DNA of 64,000 nucleotides. Origin: Candidatus Magasanikbacteria bacterium CG11_big_fil_rev_8_21_14_0_20_39_34 (lineage in GTDB: Bacteria; Patescibacteriota; Patescibacteriia; Magasanikbacterales; UBA922). The stretch is from contig PCWN01000007.1 of assembly GCA_002787355.1 (NCBI GenBank), forward strand, positions 248,996 to 312,995, written 5' to 3'. Below, in pieces: positions 53,090 to 64,000 of the stretch. The notes under the pieces were generated by a model. The model was not told where the DNA came from. It ran no database searches and saw nothing but the letters and a program-made list of their open reading frames with translations. Each line of letters opens with the position of its first letter. Positions within the stretch are counted from its first letter, which is position 1. Made by a program: the position numbers and the translations under genes.

Positions 53090-53118
53090 TTGACAAAATA
53101 TAAAAAATGGTATATATT
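53090..53118 (+). promoter_or_regulatory. Sigma70-type promoter
   Basis: TTGACA-17bp-TATATT. Confidence 0.7.
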
Positions 53119-53355
53119 GGCGAGTCGACGTCTGAAGATTCAGGTAGTTGAAGAAAACCGGAAGGACATAGAAGCCTTCAACAAACGGTATTCCGAAAAC
53201 ACCCACACCCGAATCGACGGATTCTCTCACCCTCTGACCGAGGACCACCAGTCTCGACCTTTGCCCGGGGTCACTGGTGATGGAGGGATCGTCTCGAGCT
53301 CCAAGCTCCTGACGTCGACACTCCAATAAAGAGTCTCAATAATGGGGCTTTTTTT
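53119..53355 (+). ncRNA. Candidate structured ncRNA (RNA-3)
   Basis: Closing stem GTCGACGTC(53124)/GACGTCGAC(53311), internal stems, terminator AAAGAGTCTC..GGGGCTTTTTT. Confidence 0.6.
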
Positions 53356-53423
53356 GTTTGTACAAAATTTTTTTGTATTGTATAAAGATTGTCTGTCATT
53401 AACTGGATTACGTGCAGGTAGGT

Positions 53424-53531
53424 AGATTGCCACGCTGTATACTCAGCTCGCAATGACAATTTGTCTCTGCCTCCGGATGACCCCCTCCTCTCCGTCATTG
53501 CGAGGAGTCCGTAGAGACGACGTGGCAATCT
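53424..53531. repeat. REP/RPE-like palindromic element (GTCATTGCGAG..GCAATC type)
   Basis: AGATTGCCACG..CTCGCAATGAC and GTCATTGCGAG..CGTGGCAATCT inverted pair. Confidence 0.7.
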
Positions 53532-53550
53532 TCGTGTTAGAAAAGAAATT

Positions 53551-55611
<2,061 letters not shown>

Positions 55612-56532
55612 CTACTTTATAAGTGCGGAACCTTCTTCAGAAAATGGGTTCCCCTTTTTGTATTCACTCCACGCCTGAAAAACATAGGCAACGGTTTTCT
55701 CAGGAAATTCGGTATCTGCAAACCAACCACAGATCCCACTTTTTTCTTTTTCACTTGCAAATGGTTCTCCTTCCCATTCTTCACACATAAAATATATATC
55801 CATGTATGCTCGTCCTCGGTTTCTATATCGAGTATGAATGTGCTTTAAATTTTCCTTCTTGATGTGAACTCCTGCTTCTTCTTCTGCCTCACGAATAGCC
55901 GCACTATACAAAGATTCTGCCTCCTGTGCATGTCCGGAAGGAAGTCCAAAAAAACCATCCATATACCCAGTATTTGCTCGCTCTATAAGGAAAATTTTAT
56001 TTTCTCGTACCAAAAATACAAACACCGCAACATGCGTTTGCAAACGTACTTCACCGGTCTCTGGGAGATCAGAAAATGGGACCGTAATTTTTTCTTCTTC
56101 TTTTATATTCAACTGATCACGACATTGCGATACCATGGCCTCTGCATCTTCATCATTTTCTAGTGTAAAAATAAGAAAATCACCTCTTCCGGAAATATGA
56201 TGTGTAGAAATTTCCATTCCTTGGTAACTCCAACAATGTGTTGTTCTATGCAATACTGCTTTTACTCCATACTTTTCTGAAAGTTCTGCAATTTTTGCCT
56301 CTACATCCTGCAATGGCGTATTTTGAACCAAATCAAAGCCCGAATTTCTTTTTTTTAACTCTATAAGAGTCTGGGATCTCCCCTCTTCTATAATTTTTAC
56401 TACACCACCATCTGGCACTGCAAAATAAATATCAATTACTTGTTTTTCTAATTCAAAAATTGCCCCAAATGCAGAAAGTGCATGATCCATTTTGTGAATA
56501 GATTCTATACGATATTTTATTTCATGTTTCAT
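55612..56532 (-). CDS. CYTH-like + Nudix hydrolase fusion
   Basis: HEIKYR..DIYF N-terminus; GHAQEAESLYSAAIREAEEEAG. Confidence 0.75.
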   Translation of the reverse strand: MKHEIKYRIESIHKMDHALSAFGAIFELEKQVIDIYFAVPDGGVVKIIEEGRSQTLIELKKRNSGFDLVQNTPLQDVEAKIAELSEKYGVKAVLHRTTHCWSYQGMEISTHHISGRGDFLIFTLENDEDAEAMVSQCRDQLNIKEEEKITVPFSDLPETGEVRLQTHVAVFVFLVRENKIFLIERANTGYMDGFFGLPSGHAQEAESLYSAAIREAEEEAGVHIKKENLKHIHTRYRNRGRAYMDIYFMCEEWEGEPFASEKEKSGICGWFADTEFPEKTVAYVFQAWSEYKKGNPFSEEGSALIK

Positions 56533-56918
56533 ACACAATTTTTAAGAGCAAAACGAGCAGAATCTGAGAGATCCATTTTTTCCAATGCATACGAAATGGA
56601 AACAAATCCATATCCCTGCCCTTCTTGTAAATTAATAGCTACGGGTTCTAAAAAATGAGCTTGAAAAAAAGTATACAAACAATCTATCCCAGGAATAGAA
56701 ACATTTTCCATACAAACGTCAAACGGAATTCCCGACAACCCTGTTTCTTCTTCTACCTCTCGAGAAATTGCCTCTCTATCTGTTTCACCTTCTTCCACAT
56801 GACCACCAAAAAGCGACCATTGATTTGGAAAGGCTATCTCTGGTTTGTTATCCCGATGCATTAAAAGGATTCGTCCCTTATCATCAAAACACAATGCACC
56901 TACAATTTTTTTTATCAT
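56529..56918 (-). CDS. Nudix hydrolase
   Basis: GGHVEEGETDREAISREVEEETG. Confidence 0.9.
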   Translation of the reverse strand: MIKKIVGALCFDDKGRILLMHRDNKPEIAFPNQWSLFGGHVEEGETDREAISREVEEETGLSGIPFDVCMENVSIPGIDCLYTFFQAHFLEPVAINLQEGQGYGFVSISYALEKMDLSDSARFALKNCV

Positions 56919-57685
56919 ACTGTAAGAAACCTTAAGTACCAATCAATGACAGCCGTCCCCCATAACAGTGTGGCAAAAGTAGCAATACTTAAATATGTTC
57001 CAAATGGAGTCTGAGAAGCGAGAGTCTTTTTCTTGAGTGCTACTAGCACCAAACTCACCAAAGCACCGCCTACATATGCTAACATAAGTGCTACCAAAAT
57101 CCCAGGAAACCCAAGTATTACCCCCATAAAGAATCCAAGACGCACATCCCCACCACCAATCCATCTTCCTTTTGAAAGCATATATTGCAAAAAGAAAAAA
57201 CCAAAACCTATGAGAATACCCCAGGCAAGGCTATTGAAGCTCTGCCATCCAAAAAATACTGCAAAGGGAAGCAAAAGGACAGCTGGAAGCGTAGACCAAG
57301 CATCGTGAATCTCACCAAATTTTAGATCATAAAAAAAGGTAAATCCAAGAATACAAAATAAAATGAGATTTCTAAAAAAAAGCAAAGAAAACGCATACTG
57401 GTCCGCAAGCAAGATAAGACAAAAACCAAGAGCAAAACCAAGTTCTGCAAGAAAAAACGTGTAGGAAAGACGTTCTTTGGTATATCTGGATCTTCCTCCT
57501 TGGAGAATAAAGCTTACCAAAGGAATATTTTCAAACCAACGCAAAGCCTTTTCCGTATGAATGCATTTTGATCTTCCACGGAAAATAGATTGCCCATGAT
57601 GTTTTCTGTATACCCAAGCATGGATAAAACTTCCAAAGCAGGCCCCAAGACAAAATAATACAAAAAGTAAAAGAAAATTCTCCAT
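56915..57685 (-). CDS. pilD: Prepilin peptidase (A24)
   Basis: GSF, RSKC, ENIPLVSF, FYD, GGGDV, PFGTYL. Confidence 0.9.
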   Translation of the reverse strand: MENFLLLFVLFCLGACFGSFIHAWVYRKHHGQSIFRGRSKCIHTEKALRWFENIPLVSFILQGGRSRYTKERLSYTFFLAELGFALGFCLILLADQYAFSLLFFRNLILFCILGFTFFYDLKFGEIHDAWSTLPAVLLLPFAVFFGWQSFNSLAWGILIGFGFFFLQYMLSKGRWIGGGDVRLGFFMGVILGFPGILVALMLAYVGGALVSLVLVALKKKTLASQTPFGTYLSIATFATLLWGTAVIDWYLRFLTV

Positions 57686-57724
57686 ATGGGATATCAAAAA
57701 TAATAGTTATACCTATTATACCAC

Positions 57725-57759
57725 AAAAAAACACCGCTCCTTTGAGGAACGGTGTTTTT
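57725..57759. terminator. Intrinsic terminator after pilin gene
   Basis: AAAAACACCGCTCC-TTTGA-GGAACGGTGTTTTT. Confidence 0.7.
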
Positions 57760-57773
57760 GACTATATCCACGA

Positions 57774-58208
57774 CTAGTTTGTTATACCATCTTGTGTTGC
57801 AGTAAATGCTCCTGCGTTAAGTGGTGAAACATTTGTCTCAAGAGATCCTGTAATCGAAAATCTTGTACCGGTAGAAGAGTATCGATATTCAAAACTTCCC
57901 GGGTCAGATGGAACGAGTCCCATATATGGACTAGATCCACAACTTGCAGCATCCGTAAATCCACTTGCAGCATTTAGACAGGTTGTCGTAGAAGCTCCAA
58001 GAACGATGCCTTGTTGACTTGGGTATGCGTTTTGATCGGTATAATACAGTTCCAAAGCTGTTTGGACCTGTTTTATATCTGAAAGACGTTTTGAGTCTCT
58101 TGCTTTTGTTCTTGCAGAACCGAGTGCGACTACAGCAAGTGTAGACAACAAACCGATGATTGCAATTACAACCAAAAGCTCAATAAGTGTAAAACCCTTT
58201 TTATTCAT
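57774..58208 (-). CDS. Type IV pilin (likely major pilin)
   Basis: [16 protein letters not shown]; GGAGGT RBS before ATG 58208; own terminator. Confidence 0.9.
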   Translation of the reverse strand: MNKKGFTLIELLVVIAIIGLLSTLAVVALGSARTKARDSKRLSDIKQVQTALELYYTDQNAYPSQQGIVLGASTTTCLNAASGFTDAASCGSSPYMGLVPSDPGSFEYRYSSTGTRFSITGSLETNVSPLNAGAFTATQDGITN

Positions 58209-58288
58209 GTTTGTCACCTCCCCTCATAGTGGTTTCGTTCATATTTGAATCCATCAAAAAGCAGACGCTACAATCTCTGTAACATCTC

Positions 58289-58675
58289 CTAAATATTTAG
58301 GACTTTTTTTACTTTCTCCACCGTTTCAGATGGCTTGAAATGAGCCTTGATGAGGTAGTCCTCCGCTCCAAGGTCAAGCCCTTTGTCTACATCATCCTTT
58401 TGACCAAGATTGGTTAAAAGGATAACGGGAATATCGGCAACTTCTTTGTCTGCTTTGGCATGCTCGAGTACCGTAAACCCATCCATTTTGGGAAGCAGGA
58501 TATCTAATAAAACAATATCTGGTTTTTTCTTTTTAATATCTGCAAGTCCAGATTCACCATTATCTGAAACGCTTACCTTGAACCCTTCCATTTCAAATTT
58601 AGTTTTGTAAATATTTGCCAAAAACGAATCATCTTCAATGATAAGTACATGAACGTTTTCTACTTTTTTGGGCAT
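58289..58675 (-). CDS. Single-domain response regulator
   Basis: IIEDD, LLDILLPKMDG, YLIK. Confidence 0.92.
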   Translation of the reverse strand: MPKKVENVHVLIIEDDSFLANIYKTKFEMEGFKVSVSDNGESGLADIKKKKPDIVLLDILLPKMDGFTVLEHAKADKEVADIPVILLTNLGQKDDVDKGLDLGAEDYLIKAHFKPSETVEKVKKVLNI

Positions 58676-58776
58676 AAGGAATGTAATTTAAACACTTCAA
58701 ACTTAGTATATCAAAATATTGGTTTTCCTACAACACTCACATTATTCTACAAAAAGAAAATTATTGCAATACAGTT

Positions 58777-59946
58777 TTACACAATGTTGCGCATAGCAAG
58801 CCCAATGGTTACTCCCATACGTGGCCCAATGGTATCCAATACGGATTTTAATCCCTGTTGGTACACCACCCTTGCCCATGGATCTCCTACAAAAACACGC
58901 ATAGGAAAACGCTGTTCTATAAAATCTTTAAACAAAGGAAAAACCGCGGAACCTCCAGTCAAGATGATCTTTTCAGGTTTTTTTTCTTCATTTCCATTTT
59001 GTTTCAAAAACAAATTAAAACTGTATTCAATTTCTTTGATAATAGGGTCTATAACCGGATGAAATAAACTATCTGGGACATTCATCTTTTCTTGATCGCT
59101 GATATCTAGCTTTATCTGTTGTGCAAGTTTTTGGTCTACTCCAAGATGTGCCGCCAAAATAGTATCAATAGACTGCCCACCCATTTGGATACTTCTGTGG
59201 GTCATAGGGAGTCCCTGATCTACAATAAAAAAGTTGGTACGCTCCGCTCCAATATCTACAATCATGGATGTAGATTTATCAAGACCCACAAGTGCACGAG
59301 CAAGAGCAAAAGCTTCTGTTTCCAACTCCTGAAGTTGCAATCCAGCTTTTTCAAAGATAGCGGTATAAAAAGCTACCAGTTGTTTGGGAGCTGCCGTGAC
59401 CAAATATTTAAAAAACTTTGGATCACGCCCATCTATATCTGGAACCTTCTGGAAAACAATTTGCATATCATCAATTTCATTGGGAAGCATCTTCTTTATC
59501 TTTGCGCGGATATGATGATTGAGTTCTTTTTCATCTACCTTTGGGAGGGTCACCAATGCATGAAAGATATAGGAAACCGGCAAACTTGCCGTTGCGTAAG
59601 AAGATGTCACCTTTGCTTCTTTGAGAAGTTGTTTCAAAATAGCACCGTATTTTTCTACACGTGCATCATCTTCAAAATGAGCAAATTTGGTTGACTTTTG
59701 TTTTTTTGGTTCTTCTTTTTCCATTTCCGGCCGCATACGTGGAGCAATCTGATGAATCTCTGGCATGGGTTCTTCTGCCAACTCATCATGATGCACTCCA
59801 TGTAAATGGACATCCAAATCCGCATCAGCAAGACCATATGTCCACAATTGTGGCCGCCCTTTTGTTTTTTTGAGCTCCACAAGTTTTATTCCACCCGCAC
59901 CAATGTCTACTCCCAAAAAAGAATCACTTTTATTTTTTCCAAACAT
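58777..59946 (-). CDS. pilM: Type IV pilus assembly protein PilM
   Basis: LGVDIG..IKLVEL, VDIGAERT, ILTGGSA, GLAMR. Confidence 0.88.
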   Translation of the reverse strand: MFGKNKSDSFLGVDIGAGGIKLVELKKTKGRPQLWTYGLADADLDVHLHGVHHDELAEEPMPEIHQIAPRMRPEMEKEEPKKQKSTKFAHFEDDARVEKYGAILKQLLKEAKVTSSYATASLPVSYIFHALVTLPKVDEKELNHHIRAKIKKMLPNEIDDMQIVFQKVPDIDGRDPKFFKYLVTAAPKQLVAFYTAIFEKAGLQLQELETEAFALARALVGLDKSTSMIVDIGAERTNFFIVDQGLPMTHRSIQMGGQSIDTILAAHLGVDQKLAQQIKLDISDQEKMNVPDSLFHPVIDPIIKEIEYSFNLFLKQNGNEEKKPEKIILTGGSAVFPLFKDFIEQRFPMRVFVGDPWARVVYQQGLKSVLDTIGPRMGVTIGLAMRNIV

Positions 59947-60135
59947 ACATTATAAAAATGGAAAATCAATAAATATTGTGTTTATTATACCATACCTTTC
60001 TTTTTTAAGAAAACATATTACGCAAACCAATCAAAAATTAATGGTAGACTCCTCTCTTTTTTGGAGAAATAGTACCTTGCCAAAAGTGGATAAAACCGTT
60101 ACACTTCAACCATAGATTATGAATATACATCCCTT

Positions 60136-61494
60136 ATGATACATCTTTTTAATACCCTCAGCAGAAAGAAAGAACCCCTGGAAGCGATTACTCCCGGACA
60201 CATTGGTCTGTATACTTGTGGCCCTACCGTTTACAATTATGTTCACATTGGGAACCTCAGAACCTATGTCTTTGAAGATATTCTTGTCCGAGCTCTCAAG
60301 GCGAAAGGCTACCAAGTAAATCATGTCATGAATATTACCGATGTAGGACATATCACCGGTGACGCAGATCTTGGTGAGGATAAAATGGAAAAAGGATCAA
60401 AGCGAGAAGGAAAATCCGCTTGGGATATTGCACGCATGTATACACAGGCTTTTGAGCAAAATATGATTGACCTCAATATTTTGGAGCCAAATACCTGGTG
60501 TAAAGCTACAGACCACATTCCTGAGCAGATTGCTATGGTGCAAACACTCATGGACAAGGGTTTTACCTATGAAACCAGTGACGCCCTATACTTTGATACG
60601 ACCAAGATTGATGATTACGGAAAACTCGCGAACCTCCAAAATCAACAACTCCAAGCAGGGGCCCGCGTAGAAATGGGAGAAAAAAAGAACCCGCACGACT
60701 TTGCTCTTTGGAAATGGAGCAAAGAAGGAGAAAATAGACAGATGGAATGGGATGCATTTGGAAGAAAAGGATTCCCCGGCTGGCACATAGAATGTAGTGC
60801 CATGGCGGTAAAGTATCTTGGAGAACATTTTGATATTCATTGTGGAGGGATTGATCATATTCCGGTGCATCATACCAATGAGATTGCACAGACGGAGGCA
60901 GCAACCGGTATAAAGCCTTGGGTAAATTTTTGGCTTCATGGAGAATTTCTTCTTATAGATAGTGAAAAAATGGCAAAATCTGGAGAAAACTTTATTACTC
61001 TGCAAACCCTTAAAGAAAAAAATATTGATCCCCTTGCCTATCGTTTCTTCCTCTTGCAAACGCACTACCGCAAGCAGCTCAATTTTTCTTTTGAGGCACT
61101 GGAGGCTGCAGCGGCCGGGTACAAAAAGCTCAAGCGTATGGTACGCGAAATTCCAGAGCATACCGCACGCGACCCTCGCATTCATGAGGAATTTATGAAA
61201 GCCGTGAAAGATGACCTCAACATGCCAGAAGCTTTGGCGGTACTCTTTATGGGACTCAAAGATAACCTCGTAGACCTCGAAACCATAATTGAATTTGACA
61301 AGATTCTTGGACTTAGACTCCATGATATAGAAAAAGTAGATATCTCAGATGATGTACAGTCTCTGCTTGATCGCCGACAAAAAGCTCGTGATGAAAAAAA
61401 TTGGGAGCTTGCAGATCTTCTGCGTGAGGAGATCCAATCCCTTGGGTATGTGCTTGAGGACACAAGTGATGGTCAGAAGGTAGAGAGGGAATAA
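60136..61494 (+). CDS. cysS: Cysteinyl-tRNA synthetase
   Basis: CGPTVYNYVHIGN, PGWHIECS, KMAKS. Confidence 0.96.
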   Translation: MIHLFNTLSRKKEPLEAITPGHIGLYTCGPTVYNYVHIGNLRTYVFEDILVRALKAKGYQVNHVMNITDVGHITGDADLGEDKMEKGSKREGKSAWDIARMYTQAFEQNMIDLNILEPNTWCKATDHIPEQIAMVQTLMDKGFTYETSDALYFDTTKIDDYGKLANLQNQQLQAGARVEMGEKKNPHDFALWKWSKEGENRQMEWDAFGRKGFPGWHIECSAMAVKYLGEHFDIHCGGIDHIPVHHTNEIAQTEAATGIKPWVNFWLHGEFLLIDSEKMAKSGENFITLQTLKEKNIDPLAYRFFLLQTHYRKQLNFSFEALEAAAAGYKKLKRMVREIPEHTARDPRIHEEFMKAVKDDLNMPEALAVLFMGLKDNLVDLETIIEFDKILGLRLHDIEKVDISDDVQSLLDRRQKARDEKNWELADLLREEIQSLGYVLEDTSDGQKVERE

Positions 61495-61515
61495 ATATTA
61501 AAAAAAGTTGCCAGT

Positions 61516-61998
61516 ATGTTAAAAGCCATTCTTAGTGACTTATCTCGTACACTCCTGTTCCCTGTGGATGAAAACTATACAGGAAAACTTAATGCACTTC
61601 ATGAAAGCTTAAAGGAAGATCCCAATTATGACATTCATAAATATTTTTTTCTGAATGAAGAACTTCTTTCTTTTTATAAAAGTATAAATAAACATATAGA
61701 TATCTATATGTTTACCACAAAATATATTCAAGAATGGCCACCACTAAAAGAACAAATGAATGGAATATTTAAAGATATTTTTAGTGGTGCACGTCTCAAC
61801 TTGAAAAAAGATGATCCAGAGGCATATAACAGAATTGCAGAAAAGATTGGACTTGAACCAAGTGAAATACTTTTTATTGACGATAGTGAAGCAAATACAG
61901 ATGCAGCAAAAGAAGCTGGTTTATTTACCATACTTTTTGAATCAAAACAAAAGGCAATTATAGATCTCAAAAAGGCATTGGAAAATTCCACAACATAG
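61516..61998 (+). CDS. HAD-superfamily hydrolase
   Basis: SDLSRTL, KDDP, FIDDSEAN. Confidence 0.8.
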   Translation: MLKAILSDLSRTLLFPVDENYTGKLNALHESLKEDPNYDIHKYFFLNEELLSFYKSINKHIDIYMFTTKYIQEWPPLKEQMNGIFKDIFSGARLNLKKDDPEAYNRIAEKIGLEPSEILFIDDSEANTDAAKEAGLFTILFESKQKAIIDLKKALENSTT

Positions 61999-62006
61999 AA
62001 GCTTAG

Positions 62007-62471
62007 ATGGCAACCATTCTCCCCTACACAGAAACATATAAAGATGAAGTGATTCATCTTATTTTACAAGTGTATGAAAGCGAGTTACATTTTGTTGGAT
62101 ATGAGCGGCCCGATATTTATGATGTATCCGGTACATACCAGAAGAGTGACCGCAGTAACTTTTGGATAGCACTGGAAAACAATGAATTGGTAGGTACCGC
62201 TGCTATTTTTGAAAAAACCACGGATATTGCATACCTCAAAAGAATGATCGTAAGGAAAGATTATCGTAAGCAAGGACTTGGGAGAGAACTCTTGGATACA
62301 GCACTTTCTTTTGCAAAAGAAAACGGATATAAAACTGTTTATGCGGGAACGGTTCTTGAAAACCCCAATGCTATTGCATTCTATAAACGCAATGGCTTTG
62401 TAGAAGAACAACCAGCCCCAATAGATATCACAGCCTCCGGTGACTCTATTTGTCTGAAAAAAAGTTTATAA
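62007..62471 (+). CDS. GNAT acetyltransferase
   Basis: VRKDYRKQGLG, NAIAFYKRNGF. Confidence 0.88.
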   Translation: MATILPYTETYKDEVIHLILQVYESELHFVGYERPDIYDVSGTYQKSDRSNFWIALENNELVGTAAIFEKTTDIAYLKRMIVRKDYRKQGLGRELLDTALSFAKENGYKTVYAGTVLENPNAIAFYKRNGFVEEQPAPIDITASGDSICLKKSL

Positions 62472-62494
62472 AGGGATTACTAATCTATACGTAT

Positions 62495-63013
62495 ATGGAT
62501 GAAAGAAGAATGCAGGATTTATTCCATACCATAAGTCAAGATATTACAAATACTCCTGAAAATGCAGCAATGGTTTACAGATCAATGGTAAGTCAACTCA
62601 ACAAAGCAGGAAGAAAAGATATTCTTGATAATCCTATACTCTTAGATCTTGGTGGAGGAAAAGGTGAACTTTCAAAATATTTAAACCAACAAGGAGTTAC
62701 ATCAATAAGTCTTGATTATGACTCGGCAGGAGTTTCAGCAGAAGCAAACCCTGTAAAAGCAGATGCTTACCATATGCCTTTTGCAGATTCCAGTATAGAT
62801 ATAGTGCATGGCAGAGGAACCTTCGATGATACCAAGTACACACATGATTTTCCAAAACTTATAGCAGAAATAGCTCGTGTATTAAAACCAAAAGGTATCC
62901 TCTCTATAATGGACTACTCCCCGCCACCAGATACTGAGCTTGAAAAATTTTTTAAACGACTTACGGATCCAGATGACGATACATTCGCTTTATGGGAAAA
63001 AAGAGAAAGTTAA
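62495..63013 (+). CDS. Class I SAM-dependent methyltransferase
   Basis: LDLGGGKG, MPFADSSID, RVLKPKG. Confidence 0.85.
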   Translation: MDERRMQDLFHTISQDITNTPENAAMVYRSMVSQLNKAGRKDILDNPILLDLGGGKGELSKYLNQQGVTSISLDYDSAGVSAEANPVKADAYHMPFADSSIDIVHGRGTFDDTKYTHDFPKLIAEIARVLKPKGILSIMDYSPPPDTELEKFFKRLTDPDDDTFALWEKRES

Positions 63014-63049
63014 AATGATTGAGAAAAATATAAAGTAATGTCTTAGTTT

Positions 63050-63373
63050 ATGAAATCCATAAAATTTAGAGAAAATTTGAGTAAACTTATTCTTCAGGGA
63101 GAAAAGGACACCACATGGAGACTCTTTGATGATAAGGATTTGACAGAAGGTGATGTGCTCAATTTTTTGGTATGGGAAACAGGAGAAGAATTTGCGACAG
63201 CAAAAATTATAGACGTAAAAGAAACGACTTTCCAAAACCTAACAGAGGAAGACTGGGCCGGACATGAAAAATTTGTTTCAGATGAAGAAATGTATAAAAG
63301 GTATACAGAATATTACAAACGTGAAGTAACACCTGACACAAAAGTAAAAATCATAAAGTTTGAATTGGTATGA
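63050..63373 (+). CDS. ASCH domain protein
   Basis: ILQGEKDTTWR motif. Confidence 0.82.
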   Translation: MKSIKFRENLSKLILQGEKDTTWRLFDDKDLTEGDVLNFLVWETGEEFATAKIIDVKETTFQNLTEEDWAGHEKFVSDEEMYKRYTEYYKREVTPDTKVKIIKFELV

Positions 63374-63813
63374 AAACTTCCCAATGTGACTTTTGTAGTC
63401 TTCCAGAAATTCAAATGCGCACCATATTAGAAGATGAATACGCTTGGGCCTTTCCTACCAAAATGCCTATTGTCCCCGGACATATACTTATCTGTCCCAA
63501 ACGGTGTATTGCCGTAATAGATGATCTCCAACCACAAGAATGGGCCTCTATTCTACAAATTACCCTACTCCTAAAAAAAGCACTTCAAAAATCATTTGGT
63601 GCCGTGGGATTTAACTACGCACTCAACGAGCATGAAGTTGCAGGTCAAACAGTTCCGCATATCCATTTTCATCTCATACCAAGAAAAGAAGGAGACACAG
63701 GCATTTGGAATTATGAACCCAGAAAATTTCTTTACCGCCCAGATAGGAGAACAACGACTCCTGAAGAAGAAATTCTTGAAATCACGAGTATTTTGAAAAA
63801 TGCCCTGCAGTAG
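63370..63813 (+). CDS. HIT family hydrolase
   Basis: CDFC, AGQTVPHIHFHLIPR. Confidence 0.92.
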   Translation: MKTSQCDFCSLPEIQMRTILEDEYAWAFPTKMPIVPGHILICPKRCIAVIDDLQPQEWASILQITLLLKKALQKSFGAVGFNYALNEHEVAGQTVPHIHFHLIPRKEGDTGIWNYEPRKFLYRPDRRTTTPEEEILEITSILKNALQ

Positions 63814-63955
63814 TGTAGGAGGGTTTTAGATATATAAAACCCTCCATGAATACTCGAAACGCCTACCAAAGTTTTATCAAATTTTACATTGATTCACAAT
63901 AATTAAATAAAAATACTCTTTTCTGAAGAGTATTTTTATCTTGTCTTTTTATTTT

Positions 63956-64000
63956 TTAAGTAGCACTTCTTTCTTCTTGAAGCCCATCAATAAACTTTTG
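63956..64000 (-). CDS. Probable 3' end of a gene starting outside the window
   Basis: QKFIDGLQEERSAT* followed by a hairpin at ~63908-63939. Confidence 0.3.
   Translation of the reverse strand, partial: QKFIDGLQEERSAT

Noticed and set aside
53013-53210. Telomerase-template-like CAACCCCAA and CACCCACACCC stretches
   Set aside because: Short low-complexity matches and no reverse transcriptase in the window
53090-53329. 79-aa + strand ORF (and 84-aa and 108-aa minus-strand ORFs) over RNA-3
   Set aside because: The TTG start is the -35 box itself, there is no RBS and no recognisable domain; the sequence is better explained by RNA stems, though a peptide is not strictly excluded
52873-53355. 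tmRNA, RNase P or 6S identity for RNA-2/RNA-3
   Set aside because: No tRNA-like T-arm/acceptor ends, no GAGGAAAGUCC, and no long rod with a central bubble seen by eye; an Rfam search is still needed

Overview
AT-rich bacterial window with a gene set typical of Patescibacteria/CPR (Parcubacteria/ABY1-like; this taxonomy is inferred). Housekeeping content: mrdA(5' part)-mreDCB-proS, a DciA-like gene with a UvrD/PD-(D/E)XK helicase-nuclease, a complete F1Fo ATP synthase operon whose c-subunit carries a Na+-binding signature, tatD/metG/rsmI, priA-def-fmt, alr, msrB, recQ, a 1818-aa secreted multidomain protein, lgt, gatCA, ligA, type IV pilus genes, cysS and many Nudix/HAD/HIT/GNAT enzymes. The most unusual DNA is non-coding. 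(1) Downstream of tRNA-Ser(GGA), at about 44.9-48.6 kb, is an integron-like cassette array with no integrase in the window. It has degenerate attC/attI-like sites, genes bracketed by long inverted repeats, and a small ORF module apparently inserted inside an attC. A promoter-driven structured ~180-nt RNA candidate sits where intI would normally be. (2) Between gatC and ligA are two tandem structured RNA candidates, each with a promoter-like and a terminator-like sequence. They have a perfect 10-nt loop-to-bulge complementarity, and one shares a 13-nt 3' motif with the RNA candidate next to the cassette array. No database searches or folding programs were run; all structures were read by eye.
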